DNA of 64,000 nucleotides from an uncultured Mycoplasmatota bacterium (GTDB lineage Bacteria > Bacillota_I > Bacilli_A > RF39 > UBA660): contig CASEIJ010000031.1 of the NCBI GenBank assembly GCA_949288035.1, forward strand, positions 13,929-77,928, read 5' to 3'. This document shows positions 29,797-40,187 of the stretch, piece after piece. The notes beneath the pieces were generated by a model. It was not told the DNA's origin. It saw nothing but the letters and a program-made list of their open reading frames with translations, and searched no databases. Every line of letters starts with the position of its first letter. The first letter of the stretch is position 1. The position numbers and the translations under genes were made by a program.

Positions 29797-32754
29797 ATGT
29801 ATTTAAAACAAATTATTGCGCACGGATTTAAATCGTTTGCCGATAAGACAATATTGGAGTTTCATCCTGGTATTACAGGAATTGTAGGCCCAAATGGAAG
29901 TGGAAAAAGTAATGTTGTAGATGCAGTGAGATGGGTATTAGGAGAACAATCTATTAAATCATTACGTGGGGATGATAAGATGACGGATGTTATTTTTTCG
30001 GGTTCTAAATCTAGAAAAGCGATGAATGTGGCATCTGTGACTTTGATTTTTGATAATCAAGATCATTATTTAAATGTACCTTATGATGAAGTATCTATTA
30101 CGAGAAGAGTTTATAAAGATGGAAGTAATGAATATTTATTAAATCAAGAACGTTGTCGTTTAAAAGATATTTCAGAAGTACTGTTGGATACAGGAGTAGC
30201 GAAAGAGAGTTTTAATATTATTTCACAAGGTAAAATTGAGGAAATATTGTCTAGTAAGCCAGAAGATAGAAGAGTTATCTTCGAAGAAGCTGCTGGTGTA
30301 TTAAAGTATAAAAAAAGAAAAGAAGAAGCATTACGTAAATTAGATCGTACCAATGATAATATGGAGCGTGTTAAAGATATTATCGATGAATTAAAAGTAC
30401 AAGTAGAACCTTTAAAAGCACAAAAAGAAAAAGCTTGTTTATATAAAGAAAAGAAAGAAAAATTAGAACAAATAGAAATTTCAGTTATCACACATGATAT
30501 TCGTGAAATTCATACAAAGTATGAGACTTCTAAGCAAAGATTAGAGACTTTAAATGAAGAAATTTTATCGATTCGTACGAGTAATCAACAAAATGAAGTA
30601 ACAATTTCTAAGTATAAAAATGATCTTGATAAAATAGAAAAGGAAATGGAAAAGGTTCAAAGAGATTTATTAGATGCTTCAACTTTAGTGACAAAATTAA
30701 ATGGACAAAGACAGATGATTACAGAACGTAAAAAGTATGAAGTGGATGATCAAGCGTTATTAAATCAATCCATTTTACTAAAAGATGAAGCTATTCGATT
30801 AGATACGGAAATTCGTGTATTAGAAAAAGAATTGCAATATGAGAAAGAGCAATATCAAGTTATATTAAAAGAAGAACATGAATTACGTGATAAAGAGGGA
30901 AATTTACAAAAGACGAGAAATCAGAAAAATGATGAAATTCGTTCTTTGAATCATAAAATAGAACAATCAGAAAGAAAGATTAGAAATTTAGAAGAAGCAA
31001 TTGATACCTCATCTTCTTTACCACTTGCTGTTAGAAGTGTTTTAAATGAGCCTAGATTGAATGGAATTCATGATGCAGTCTCTAAGTTAATGGAAACGGA
31101 ACAACGTTATACAGAGGCTTTATCTGTAGCTTTAGGAGCAGGTTCTAATTATATTGTTGTCGATCATGAAAATGCTGCCAAAGAAGCCATTGAATATTTA
31201 AAAAGGAATCATTTAGGAAGAGCTACATTTTATCCATTAAATATTATCCAGAAAAAAGAATTAGATTCGGATATTTTTGCGCGTTTAAAAAAAGAATCTG
31301 GTTTTATTGGAATTGCCGCAGAATTAGTTTCTTATGCACCTATTTATGAATCTATATTTAAAAATTTACTTGGGCTTACTGTCGTTGTAGACTCGTTAGA
31401 CCATGCGAATCAGATTGCGAAGAAATTTCACCATCGTTTACGTATTGTCACTTTAACAGGTGAGTTATTACAGCCAGGAGGAGCTTTAACTGGTGGTAAT
31501 ACAAAGTATAATAATAATCCATTACGTGATAAGTTTGACTTAGAACAAGAAAAAAACACACTTCATTTATTAGAAAATGATAAACAGACAAAAGAAGAAG
31601 AAATCAATCGGATTGACCAAGATTTATCTGCCTTTTCTGATAAAATTTATTTAAAAGAGAAAGAAAAGATTTCTAAATCATTATTGATTGATGAAAAAGA
31701 GAATAAGTTAGAACATTTAAAAACAAGAAAAATACAAGGTTCTGAAGAATTACGTAGAACAGAACAAGTTCTTTCTAATACGTTATCTGAAGAAGAAGAA
31801 AGAACAATGAATGAATATTATGAAGCAGTGAAGAAAAAAGAAGAAATCGAAACAAAACAAAATTACTTAAAACAAGAACAATTAAAAGTAAAGAGTAGTT
31901 TAGATGATTTTGAATTCGCCCTAAAAAAAGAAAATAGTACGTTCCAATCTAAGAATAAAGAGATTCAAAGTTTAGAGATTGAATTAAATCGTATGGATGT
32001 AAAATTAGATAATTTATTAAATTCATTAACTGAAAATTATAGTATGACTTATGAGTATGCAAGTTATCATTATAATTTAGAGATGGATATTGCAAGTGCT
32101 AGAGATATGATTTCTAAATTAAAACGCGAATTGAAAGATCTTGGAGAAGTGAATTTAGGCGCGATTGAAGAATATGATCGTGTTAGTGTTCGTTATGAAT
32201 TTTTAATGAAACAAAAAGAAGATTTAGAAGAAGCAATTCAAGTACTTTTAGAAATTATTGATGAGATGGATACGGTTATGAAAGAAGAATTCATGAAGAC
32301 ATTTGAGGTTGTAAAAGATAATTTCAAAACGACATTTCAAGAATTATTTAGAGGCGGAGATGCAACGTTAAAACTTACAGATAAAGATAATATATTAGAA
32401 ACTGGAATTGAAATTATTGCTTCTCCTCCAGGGAAGAAATTAACAACCATTGGTCTTTTAAGTGGAGGAGAAAAAACATTTACAGCTATTAGTTTACTGT
32501 TTGCAATATTAAAATCAAGACCTGTTCCATTCTGTATCTTAGATGAAGTAGAAGCAGCTTTAGATGAAGTAAATGTTGATAGTTTTGGAAAGTATGTTCA
32601 AACATTAAAAAATAAAACACAATTTATTTTAATTACTCATAAGAAGAAAACCATGGAATACGCAGATGTGTTATATGGAATTACAATGCAAGAATCAGGA
32701 GTTAGTAAATTAGTAAGTGTGAAATTAGAAGATATGAAAGGACAACATGCATAA
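29797..32754 (+). CDS. smc: Chromosome segregation protein SMC (short, 985 aa)
   Basis: N-terminal 'GPNGSGKSNVVDAVRWVLGE'. Hinge 'GRATFYPLNII'. C-terminal 'LSGGEKTFTAISLLFAI' and 'ILDEVEAALD'. Confidence 0.85.
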   Translation: MYLKQIIAHGFKSFADKTILEFHPGITGIVGPNGSGKSNVVDAVRWVLGEQSIKSLRGDDKMTDVIFSGSKSRKAMNVASVTLIFDNQDHYLNVPYDEVSITRRVYKDGSNEYLLNQERCRLKDISEVLLDTGVAKESFNIISQGKIEEILSSKPEDRRVIFEEAAGVLKYKKRKEEALRKLDRTNDNMERVKDIIDELKVQVEPLKAQKEKACLYKEKKEKLEQIEISVITHDIREIHTKYETSKQRLETLNEEILSIRTSNQQNEVTISKYKNDLDKIEKEMEKVQRDLLDASTLVTKLNGQRQMITERKKYEVDDQALLNQSILLKDEAIRLDTEIRVLEKELQYEKEQYQVILKEEHELRDKEGNLQKTRNQKNDEIRSLNHKIEQSERKIRNLEEAIDTSSSLPLAVRSVLNEPRLNGIHDAVSKLMETEQRYTEALSVALGAGSNYIVVDHENAAKEAIEYLKRNHLGRATFYPLNIIQKKELDSDIFARLKKESGFIGIAAELVSYAPIYESIFKNLLGLTVVVDSLDHANQIAKKFHHRLRIVTLTGELLQPGGALTGGNTKYNNNPLRDKFDLEQEKNTLHLLENDKQTKEEEINRIDQDLSAFSDKIYLKEKEKISKSLLIDEKENKLEHLKTRKIQGSEELRRTEQVLSNTLSEEEERTMNEYYEAVKKKEEIETKQNYLKQEQLKVKSSLDDFEFALKKENSTFQSKNKEIQSLEIELNRMDVKLDNLLNSLTENYSMTYEYASYHYNLEMDIASARDMISKLKRELKDLGEVNLGAIEEYDRVSVRYEFLMKQKEDLEEAIQVLLEIIDEMDTVMKEEFMKTFEVVKDNFKTTFQELFRGGDATLKLTDKDNILETGIEIIASPPGKKLTTIGLLSGGEKTFTAISLLFAILKSRPVPFCILDEVEAALDEVNVDSFGKYVQTLKNKTQFILITHKKKTMEYADVLYGITMQESGVSKLVSVKLEDMKGQHA

Positions 32755-33448
32755 AAAAGATTATATTTCTCTTTTACATCAAATGGATTTAATCGCAAAA
32801 GGAAAGAGTAGTGGCTTTTTAAATTTACAAGAACAAAAGGTATTAAAACAATTACTTGATAAGAATCATGTTTCTTATCAAGTATATTCTTATTTTGGAC
32901 ATGTAGAGCGCGTGATCTATAGTAAAAATCGTCCTAAAATCGCATTATTAGAAATTCAAACAGATGATTTATTCACACATCAAATGTTATTAGGAAGTTT
33001 CTTTTCTTTGCAGATTGATTCTAAAATTCTCGGTGATTTTATCTCATATCATAACCACTATTATATGTATGTGGATGCGAAGTATAAAGATTATATTTTA
33101 GAAAATTTTCATCAAGTAGGAAGAAATCGTATTACTTTAAAAGAAGTCCATCATCATGTATTAAAGCAATATCAACCACAATTTGATAAAATGATAATCT
33201 TAGTTAGTAGTTATCGTTTAGATAGTATTGTTAGTAAAATTACAAACTATAGTCGTAGTAAAGTAAAAGAATTGTTTCATGATGAATGGATTCGTTATCA
33301 AGATGAAATTGTATATTCGGGAAGTATTATTGTAAAAGAATGTGATACATTTTCCATTAAAAAATTTGGTAAATATCAAGTAGGTATCTTAAAGGGAAAT
33401 ACCAAAAGTAATAAATACGTTTTAGAGATAAAAAAATATATATTTTAA
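32747..33448 (+). CDS. S4-domain RNA-binding protein (YlmH-like)
   Basis: C-terminal 'YRLDSIVSKITNYSRSKVKELFHDEWIRYQDEIV' fits the S4 fold. Confidence 0.45.
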   Translation: MHKKDYISLLHQMDLIAKGKSSGFLNLQEQKVLKQLLDKNHVSYQVYSYFGHVERVIYSKNRPKIALLEIQTDDLFTHQMLLGSFFSLQIDSKILGDFISYHNHYYMYVDAKYKDYILENFHQVGRNRITLKEVHHHVLKQYQPQFDKMIILVSSYRLDSIVSKITNYSRSKVKELFHDEWIRYQDEIVYSGSIIVKECDTFSIKKFGKYQVGILKGNTKSNKYVLEIKKYIF

Positions 33449-33536
33449 GAGAACTATGGTTCTTTTTTTATATATCGCAAGTGTTGCACCCTAAATATAT
33501 CTGTGATAAAATGGCAATATAGAAAGAGGAGATACC

Positions 33537-34517
33537 ATGAAAAAAATATTAACAGGTTTAAAACCTACAGGGGAATTAACATTAGGAAATTATATTGGAG
33601 CAATTAAACAGATGAAGCAATTACAAGATAATTATGAATCTTATTTATTTGTTGCTGATTTACATGCTCTTACAGTTCCACAAGATCCAAAGGAATTAAA
33701 AAGAAGAATTAAAGATTTTTTAGCGCTATATATTGCCTGTGGCATTGATCCAAAGAAAAATATCATTTATTTACAATCAGAAAACGAGTTTATTCCTGCT
33801 ATTTCATGGTTACTTGAATGTACGACATATCACGGCGAAGCAGCTAGAATGATCCAATTTAAAGAGAAATCAAAACAACATAAAAATTTTTCTGTTGGAT
33901 TACTTACATATCCTATTTTAATGGCTGCAGATATTTTATATGCTGATATTGATTTAGTTCCAGTTGGAATTGATCAAAAACAACATGTTGAACTTGCTCG
34001 TGATATTGCGATTCGTTTTAATAAGATGTATGGAGATACTTTTGTCGTTCCAGAACCATTGATTTCAGAAACTGGAACAAAAATAAAAGATTTAAAGAAT
34101 CCTACGAAGAAGATGAGTAAATCCGAAGAAAATCCAAATGGTGTAATTTTGCTCTTGGATGATGAAAAGAAAATTAGAAAGAAAATTATGGGGGCTACAA
34201 CTGATTCTGATATGAATATTCATTTTGATGAAGAAAATAAGCCTGGTATTTCTAATCTAATGAATATATATTCAGCTTTAACAGGAAATACGATAGAAGA
34301 GATAGAAAAAGAATTTGAAGGGGAAAACTATGGAACTTTTAAAAAGAAAGTTGCTGATGTAGTAGTAGATGTATTAACAAAGATTCAAGTAAGATATCAA
34401 GAATTAATGACCAGTGATGAGTTAGATCAAATTTTAGATGAAGGAATATCGAAATCTAGAGAATTAGCACGCAAAAAATATTTAGAAATGACAAAATTAA
34501 TGGGATTAGAAAGATAA
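33537..34517 (+). CDS. trpS: Tryptophan--tRNA ligase
   Basis: 'TGLKPTGELTLGNYIGA' (HIGH-like) and 'KMSKS' motifs, 326 aa. Confidence 0.9.
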   Translation: MKKILTGLKPTGELTLGNYIGAIKQMKQLQDNYESYLFVADLHALTVPQDPKELKRRIKDFLALYIACGIDPKKNIIYLQSENEFIPAISWLLECTTYHGEAARMIQFKEKSKQHKNFSVGLLTYPILMAADILYADIDLVPVGIDQKQHVELARDIAIRFNKMYGDTFVVPEPLISETGTKIKDLKNPTKKMSKSEENPNGVILLLDDEKKIRKKIMGATTDSDMNIHFDEENKPGISNLMNIYSALTGNTIEEIEKEFEGENYGTFKKKVADVVVDVLTKIQVRYQELMTSDELDQILDEGISKSRELARKKYLEMTKLMGLER

Positions 34518-34527
34518 TTGGTGAAAT

Positions 34528-35073
34528 ATGAAGAAGCAGATGAAAATTGTCATTGCAATCATTGCTGTTATCCTCGCCATTTTAGCAGGATTTTACATTT
34601 ACTTTCGTATGACATATATGAATAAAAATGAAATAAAAGAAACCATTGCGAATTATATGAACGATAAAGAAAATGATATCTTTTTTGAAAAGATGGAATT
34701 AGAATTGGATACAGGATTATACGAGGTAGAACTATATTATCAAAATCAAGATTATGATTTTAAAGTAGATGCGAAAAAGGGGAAGATTGTTAAAACAGAT
34801 TATCAAAAACAAAGTCAATCATCCAATAAGAGTGAACCATCAACACCTAGTACAGACAGTGAAATCACAGAAGAGGAAGCGAAGAATATCGCATTTACAG
34901 ATGCTAAAGTAACAGAAGCAGAAGTACAAAGATTACATATTCAAAAAGAATATGATGACCGTCGTCTTGTATATGAAGTTGATTTTGTATTTGCAGAGTA
35001 TGAATATGATTATAAAATACAAGCAAGTGATGGTAGTATTTTAGAGTATGATAAAGATAGTATTTACGACTAA
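34528..35073 (+). CDS. Membrane-anchored PepSY domain protein
   Basis: N-terminal TM helix. Two PepSY-like segments 'YEVELYYQNQDYDFKVDAKKGKIV' and 'YEVDFVFAEYEYDYKIQASDGSIL'. Terminator hairpin at 35076-35100. Confidence 0.6.
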   Translation: MKKQMKIVIAIIAVILAILAGFYIYFRMTYMNKNEIKETIANYMNDKENDIFFEKMELELDTGLYEVELYYQNQDYDFKVDAKKGKIVKTDYQKQSQSSNKSEPSTPSTDSEITEEEAKNIAFTDAKVTEAEVQRLHIQKEYDDRRLVYEVDFVFAEYEYDYKIQASDGSILEYDKDSIYD

Positions 35074-35171
35074 GAATCAATTGATTCTTAGTTTTTTTAT
35101 ACATAAAATAGATCTGTGATACTAAAGAGAGTAGGAGATTTGCAAATAAAAAAAGTAAGGATTACTCCTTA

Positions 35172-37100
35172 CTAGAATATAACATATTGATTTGTATTAT
35201 ATATTTTTCCATTTATTTTAATATAAATATATTTTTTACCATGAATATTTTCTGAATTAATATATTTTGTAACAGTAATTCCATTTTTCTTTTCTTCTTC
35301 ATTAAATACATCGACACACATTGCTGTATATGGATGTTTTGAAACTCTAAGTAAATAAGCTTTTTTATCAAAGATACTATCTAAGATAATTTCTACTTGA
35401 TCTCCTTTTTTAAATGTTCCTGTTACTACCAAACGATCAGATTCTTTGGTTATTTGTATCTCATGCCTTTTATATTCTTTATCCATTTTACGAGAGAATA
35501 ATACGCTTTTTGTTGTTCCATCTTTTTTTGTTTCTCCCATACTTCCTAATCTTTTACCAACGCCTAGTTTAAATACATTATTGGCATATAAATTCATTTT
35601 TTCAGCACGGTATAAGTTAGTAGGTAAGTTCATTTCAAAGATAACTTCATCGTTTTTGATTTCAGTTGTATAGGAATTTAGAGAATCAGAATTTTCTAGT
35701 CCTGCAGGTTCATTTCCGGGTTTACCATCCACAGTATTTACACCACCTGAATGAATTAAGTAATGATTTTCATCTAAGTAATCAACATCAGAAATATAAG
35801 GAGAGTAGTAGTCACTGCCTCTTTCTTTTCCATATTGCCATACTTGGGTAATAGTATGATCTACTTTATTAACACGGTAGATAACACCTCTTGAATAATT
35901 ATCACTCGCATCAATACTACCTTCTTTTGTTTTAGAACGGTTATTTCCATTATCGAAAATAAATACATCACCATTTGGTAAAATCATAGATGCATGTTGT
36001 GCCCATTGCCATTCAAAATCATCATTTGTTGGAGTTAAGAAATTTTTTTGATATTTTTTATCCCAACCATCAGGACTACCAATGATCCAATTAATTTCTA
36101 AACTATTATAATCGATATTAACGACTGCATCTTTATGTCTTCCAGATAATGTAATAGAATTGGTCTCACGATCATACCATACAGCATTATTATGGAACCA
36201 ATCATAATCTGTTGCCATTTGATTTCCACCGTGATCCGTCGGTAAAATTTCTTTTAAATCGATTGTTTTTACAATATTTCCTGTATCTCTTTCAATTTCT
36301 ACTACATAATCTTCTACCGTACCACTTTCGAAATCATCACTTGCTACTAATAAATTTCCATTTTCTAGTTCAAATACATCGTGATGATATCCTCCAGGTA
36401 AAACATATTCATAATATATCTTTCCTAACAAATCCATTTCTACTAATCCAGTTGTATAGTAAGGTGGATTAATTAGACGATTACTACTTAACATAATATT
36501 GCCATTTTGTAATCTTTGAATATCCCAAATCATATTTTCTGTTAAATACCAACGAACATCTCCATTTACATCATATGCTGCTGTATAGCCAGATGAAGAA
36601 GGAGTAACAAAATAAAGTTCATTCTCTAACTCATCTTTATTGGCTGTGATATCAGTCGGTAATACAAAATCATCTGGTAATGGTTCTGTTTGAATATGGA
36701 ATGTATAATCTTTTCCATTTAAAGTAATGATTACTTCATTATTTTTATCAGGGTATAATCCATAAATCGGTAAAATATGTTTTTTATTTGGGGTAAATGT
36801 TTTCTCATAAGTTGTGTTGTCATCTTTTCCCATGATTTTAACTGTTGGAGCTGTTAAATCTTTTGTTTCAAACATAATAAGAGCTGTTAATGGGGAAATT
36901 TCATATGGATTTAAGATAATTTTAGGATTATCGATTGTATTTTCTTCTGATGTTTTAAATTCTTTTTCTAAAGTTTCTTGATGTACTAAAATATCTTCTG
37001 ATGTTTTTACTGGTTGTACATTTTCAATACTCTCATAAATAAAGATAGAGAGTGCACAGGCAACCATAATTAGTAGCACAAATTTTGTTCTTGTTCTCAT
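35172..37100 (-). CDS. Secreted beta-propeller protein, arylsulfotransferase (ASST)-like
   Basis: N-terminal signal/TM. 642 aa with Trp/Asp/His-rich repeats and 'GGYHHDVFELENGN' HHD segment resembling the ASST family. Assignment tentative. Confidence 0.45.
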   Translation of the reverse strand: MRTRTKFVLLIMVACALSIFIYESIENVQPVKTSEDILVHQETLEKEFKTSEENTIDNPKIILNPYEISPLTALIMFETKDLTAPTVKIMGKDDNTTYEKTFTPNKKHILPIYGLYPDKNNEVIITLNGKDYTFHIQTEPLPDDFVLPTDITANKDELENELYFVTPSSSGYTAAYDVNGDVRWYLTENMIWDIQRLQNGNIMLSSNRLINPPYYTTGLVEMDLLGKIYYEYVLPGGYHHDVFELENGNLLVASDDFESGTVEDYVVEIERDTGNIVKTIDLKEILPTDHGGNQMATDYDWFHNNAVWYDRETNSITLSGRHKDAVVNIDYNSLEINWIIGSPDGWDKKYQKNFLTPTNDDFEWQWAQHASMILPNGDVFIFDNGNNRSKTKEGSIDASDNYSRGVIYRVNKVDHTITQVWQYGKERGSDYYSPYISDVDYLDENHYLIHSGGVNTVDGKPGNEPAGLENSDSLNSYTTEIKNDEVIFEMNLPTNLYRAEKMNLYANNVFKLGVGKRLGSMGETKKDGTTKSVLFSRKMDKEYKRHEIQITKESDRLVVTGTFKKGDQVEIILDSIFDKKAYLLRVSKHPYTAMCVDVFNEEEKKNGITVTKYINSENIHGKKYIYIKINGKIYNTNQYVIF

Positions 37101-37116
37101 AGCTTTCTCCTTTTTA

Positions 37117-37665
37117 TTATATTAATCTAATTTCATCATCTGAGTAGAATGGATGATCTTTATTAATTCTATCATAGAATAAAATACCGTCTAAATGGTC
37201 AATTTCATGTTGAAAGGCAAGCGCTAAATCTTCTCTGGCACGGACGCGAATTTTGTTTCCTTTTTCATCATATCCTTCTACTGTTACACGGGCATATCTA
37301 GCCACATGACCTTCTACTTCACGATTGACACTTAAACATCCTTCTCCTGTTTCAGCAGCTATCATTTCTTCTGAATGAGAGATGATGACTGGATTGATCA
37401 TCACATAATTATCAAAAACTTCATCATCTACTTCGTGAACAATTACGATAATACGTTTATTCTCTCCTAATTGCGGGAAAGCAAGTCCCATTCCAGGTCT
37501 TAAATCATATTTTTCAGCATATTCTTCAATTTGACTATATGTTAAATGTTTGATAATTTGTTGAATTGTTTGTTTATCTTCTTTTGATAGAGGAAATGTG
37601 ACATCTTTACTTTTCATTCTTAGATGTTTATCGCTTTCGTCTAAAATATTTAATTTCTTAAACAT
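37117..37665 (-). CDS. def: Peptide deformylase
   Basis: 'GLAFPQLG', 'EGCLSV' and 'QHEIDHLDG' motifs. RBS 'aaaggaggtg' upstream of the internal ATG. Confidence 0.9.
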   Translation of the reverse strand: MFKKLNILDESDKHLRMKSKDVTFPLSKEDKQTIQQIIKHLTYSQIEEYAEKYDLRPGMGLAFPQLGENKRIIVIVHEVDDEVFDNYVMINPVIISHSEEMIAAETGEGCLSVNREVEGHVARYARVTVEGYDEKGNKIRVRAREDLALAFQHEIDHLDGILFYDRINKDHPFYSDDEIRLI

Positions 37666-37776
37666 TTTATCACCTCCTTTATCCATTTTACCACAAAAAG
37701 TACTGAAAATAAAGGAACAATACCACCAATTTCCTTTTTCTGATACTTTGTGTTATACTGGTTATGAGGGGATAAG

Positions 37777-38475
37777 ATGAAAATAAAAAAGAAAACAATT
37801 CTGATGATTTTAGTGATCGTTGCGATACTTGTCTTAATTGCATTAGGAGGTTTCTTTGGCTATCAAAAATACCAAGAATATTTACTATCTAGAGAAACAG
37901 ATAAAATTGGTAATTTGGATATATTGAAAGATCAAGTAGATATGAAAATTTATACCACAGGGGATTATGCGGTGGTAGAAAAAACGATGAAAAATTATAT
38001 TGCGGATTATGGAAAAATTAGTCAACAAGTGATAACACTCATCGATGACGATACATTAAAAAATTTACTTACCGTAGAGAGAATTGAACAAGATGGAAAA
38101 GAATTTCATGATACATTAACTTATTTGCAAAAGAAAAAGACAGATATTGAAAAGGTTATGAATCAAATGATTACCATGACAAGTGATCAAGAGATTATGA
38201 ATGCAATCAAAAAAGAAAAGGTATCAGTTTCTTATCAAAATTTATATCGTAAAATGATGTTGGATTCTGATATTGCAGGAGCTTTAAAACAAGAGCAAAA
38301 TAATTTGATTGATACAAAAGAAAAGACGCTTGTTTTTATTGATAATTATATTAAGATATTTGAATTCTTAAAAGCAAATGGATCTAGTTATATGGTGTCT
38401 GATGGACAAATATTATTTCAAAATGAATCTCTTTATCAACAATATCAATCATTAGTAAGTAGTTTACAAAATTAG
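37777..38475 (+). CDS. Hypothetical membrane-anchored protein
   Basis: N-terminal TM 'ILMILVIVAILVLIALGGFFGY'. Hydrophilic remainder. Confidence 0.45.
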   Translation: MKIKKKTILMILVIVAILVLIALGGFFGYQKYQEYLLSRETDKIGNLDILKDQVDMKIYTTGDYAVVEKTMKNYIADYGKISQQVITLIDDDTLKNLLTVERIEQDGKEFHDTLTYLQKKKTDIEKVMNQMITMTSDQEIMNAIKKEKVSVSYQNLYRKMMLDSDIAGALKQEQNNLIDTKEKTLVFIDNYIKIFEFLKANGSSYMVSDGQILFQNESLYQQYQSLVSSLQN

Positions 38476-38484
38476 GAGGTAATT

Positions 38485-39126
38485 ATGTTAGATAAAAAAG
38501 CGTTATATCAAATTAGTTCAGGATTATATTTAGTCTCTAGTAAAGGGGAAGAGAAACAAGCAGGTTGTATTATTAATACACTGATGCAAGTAACAAGTCA
38601 ACCTGTACAAGTATCTATTACAATAAATAAAGATAATTATACAACCGATATGATTTTAAAAAGTAAAACATTTCATGTGACATCACTTTCAGAAAATGTC
38701 GATATGAATGTGATTGCTACATTTGGCTTTCAAAGTAGTAAAGAGATTGATAAATTTCAATCATTTGAAACAAAATATGATACATTAGATAACCCGTATA
38801 TTGTAGAGGGAATGAATGCTGGTTTTACTTGTAAAGTAGTTCATACCTTAGATGTGGGAAGTCATATCATAATTGTTGGAGAAGTAGTAGAAAGTGAAGT
38901 TTTAAATCAAGATAATAGTATGACTTATGCTTATTATCACGATGTAAAAAAAGGAACTTCTCCTAAAAAAGCACCAACCTATCAAGAAGAAGTAAAAACT
39001 GACAAGAAGACTAAATGGAGATGCAAAATATGTGGTTATATTTATGAAGGGGATGAACTTCCTGCTGATTTTATTTGTCCAATTTGTGGACAGCCAGCGA
39101 GTATGTTTGAAAAAGTAGAAAATTAA
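38485..39126 (+). CDS. Flavin reductase-like domain protein fused to C-terminal rubredoxin
   Basis: N-terminal flavin-reductase-like split barrel 'GLYLVSSKGEEKQAGCIINTLMQV'. C-terminal 'CKICGYIYEG...CPICGQP' rubredoxin CxxC pair. Confidence 0.7.
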   Translation: MLDKKALYQISSGLYLVSSKGEEKQAGCIINTLMQVTSQPVQVSITINKDNYTTDMILKSKTFHVTSLSENVDMNVIATFGFQSSKEIDKFQSFETKYDTLDNPYIVEGMNAGFTCKVVHTLDVGSHIIIVGEVVESEVLNQDNSMTYAYYHDVKKGTSPKKAPTYQEEVKTDKKTKWRCKICGYIYEGDELPADFICPICGQPASMFEKVEN

Positions 39127-39191
39127 TTCTACTTTTTTTGCATATCTCCTTACTTTTTACATATAGTGAAAAGTAATTGGAGGAAATATAT

Positions 39192-39470
39192 ATGAAAAGA
39201 AAAGAGTGGATCAAACAATATCAGAGTTTAAAACAAGAATTATTATTATCACAAGAAAAGAGAAATAATATACTTACTTCAAATGCAGTTTCTACGATTG
39301 TTTCTGCTACCATTTTCGGAATGAATGAAGCATTTGAAGGAAATGATTTAATTTCTTGTTGTTCTATTTTTAATATGATTCTTTTATTAAGTAATGATAT
39401 ATGGATTTGGACGGAAAACCGGAAATGGAATGAAGATTGTAAAGTATTTATGAAAAAGAGAAAGAAGTAG
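39192..39470 (+). CDS. Small hypothetical protein
   Basis: 92-aa ORF with strong RBS 'ggagga' 8 nt upstream. No homology recognised. Confidence 0.3.
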   Translation: MKRKEWIKQYQSLKQELLLSQEKRNNILTSNAVSTIVSATIFGMNEAFEGNDLISCCSIFNMILLLSNDIWIWTENRKWNEDCKVFMKKRKK

Positions 39471-39518
39471 GGTTTTTTCACAAAATATGATATTATGGAT
39501 AGTGAAAGCGGTGATAGT

Positions 39519-40187
39519 ATGTATCAGATTTTAATTGTTGAGGACGATGTGATTATGCAACAAAGTTTAAAAACATTATTAGAAGAACATGGTTATCAAG
39601 TTTTTATTTTAAAAGATTTTGAACATGCATATGATGAATTTCAAGCTCACTATCAAGATGTCGATTTAATTTTATTAGATATTCAAGTTCCATATATGAA
39701 TGGAGAATTACTGTTGAAAGAGATTCGTAAGAATAATAATATTCCAGTCATTATGGTTACCAGTCGTAATAATGAGTTAGATGAGATGTTATCAATGAGT
39801 TATGGAGCAGATGATTATGTTACCAAGCCATATAATCCAAGTATCTTACTGCTTCGTATTGAAGCGATCTTAAGAAGAAGTAAAAAAGAAGTACAAACCC
39901 TTACTTATCATCATATTCGATTTAATTTACAAAAGGGGCAATTAGAAACAGCAAATAAAGTCATTCCATTATCGAAAAATGAAATGCGTATCTTTCACTT
40001 TTTACTACAACATCAAGGAGAGATTGTATCACGAGAAGATATTATGAAATATTTATGGGATACAGAAGAATTTATCGATGATAATACATTAACTGTCAAT
40101 ATTAGTCGGATTAGAAAAAGATTACAAGAAGCGGGAATTGAAAATGCCATTGAAACAAAAAAAGGATTAGGATATATTTTATTATGA
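39519..40187 (+). CDS. OmpR-family response regulator (BceR-like)
   Basis: Receiver 'ILIVEDD...LLDIQVPYMNG'. Winged-helix C-terminus 'LTVNISRIRKRL'. Confidence 0.85.
   Translation: MYQILIVEDDVIMQQSLKTLLEEHGYQVFILKDFEHAYDEFQAHYQDVDLILLDIQVPYMNGELLLKEIRKNNNIPVIMVTSRNNELDEMLSMSYGADDYVTKPYNPSILLLRIEAILRRSKKEVQTLTYHHIRFNLQKGQLETANKVIPLSKNEMRIFHFLLQHQGEIVSREDIMKYLWDTEEFIDDNTLTVNISRIRKRLQEAGIENAIETKKGLGYILL

Noticed and set aside
33449-33536. Possible T-box leader upstream of trpS
   Set aside because: The intergenic region is only ~88 nt and is occupied by a terminator hairpin and a promoter. It is too short for a T-box riboswitch, and no T-box consensus (AGGGTGGNACCGCG) is present.
39221-39481. 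Minus-strand 86-aa ORF overlapping the small plus-strand ORF
   Set aside because: No RBS, and it would read into the divergent region. The plus-strand ORF at least has a strong GGAGGA RBS. Neither is strongly supported.
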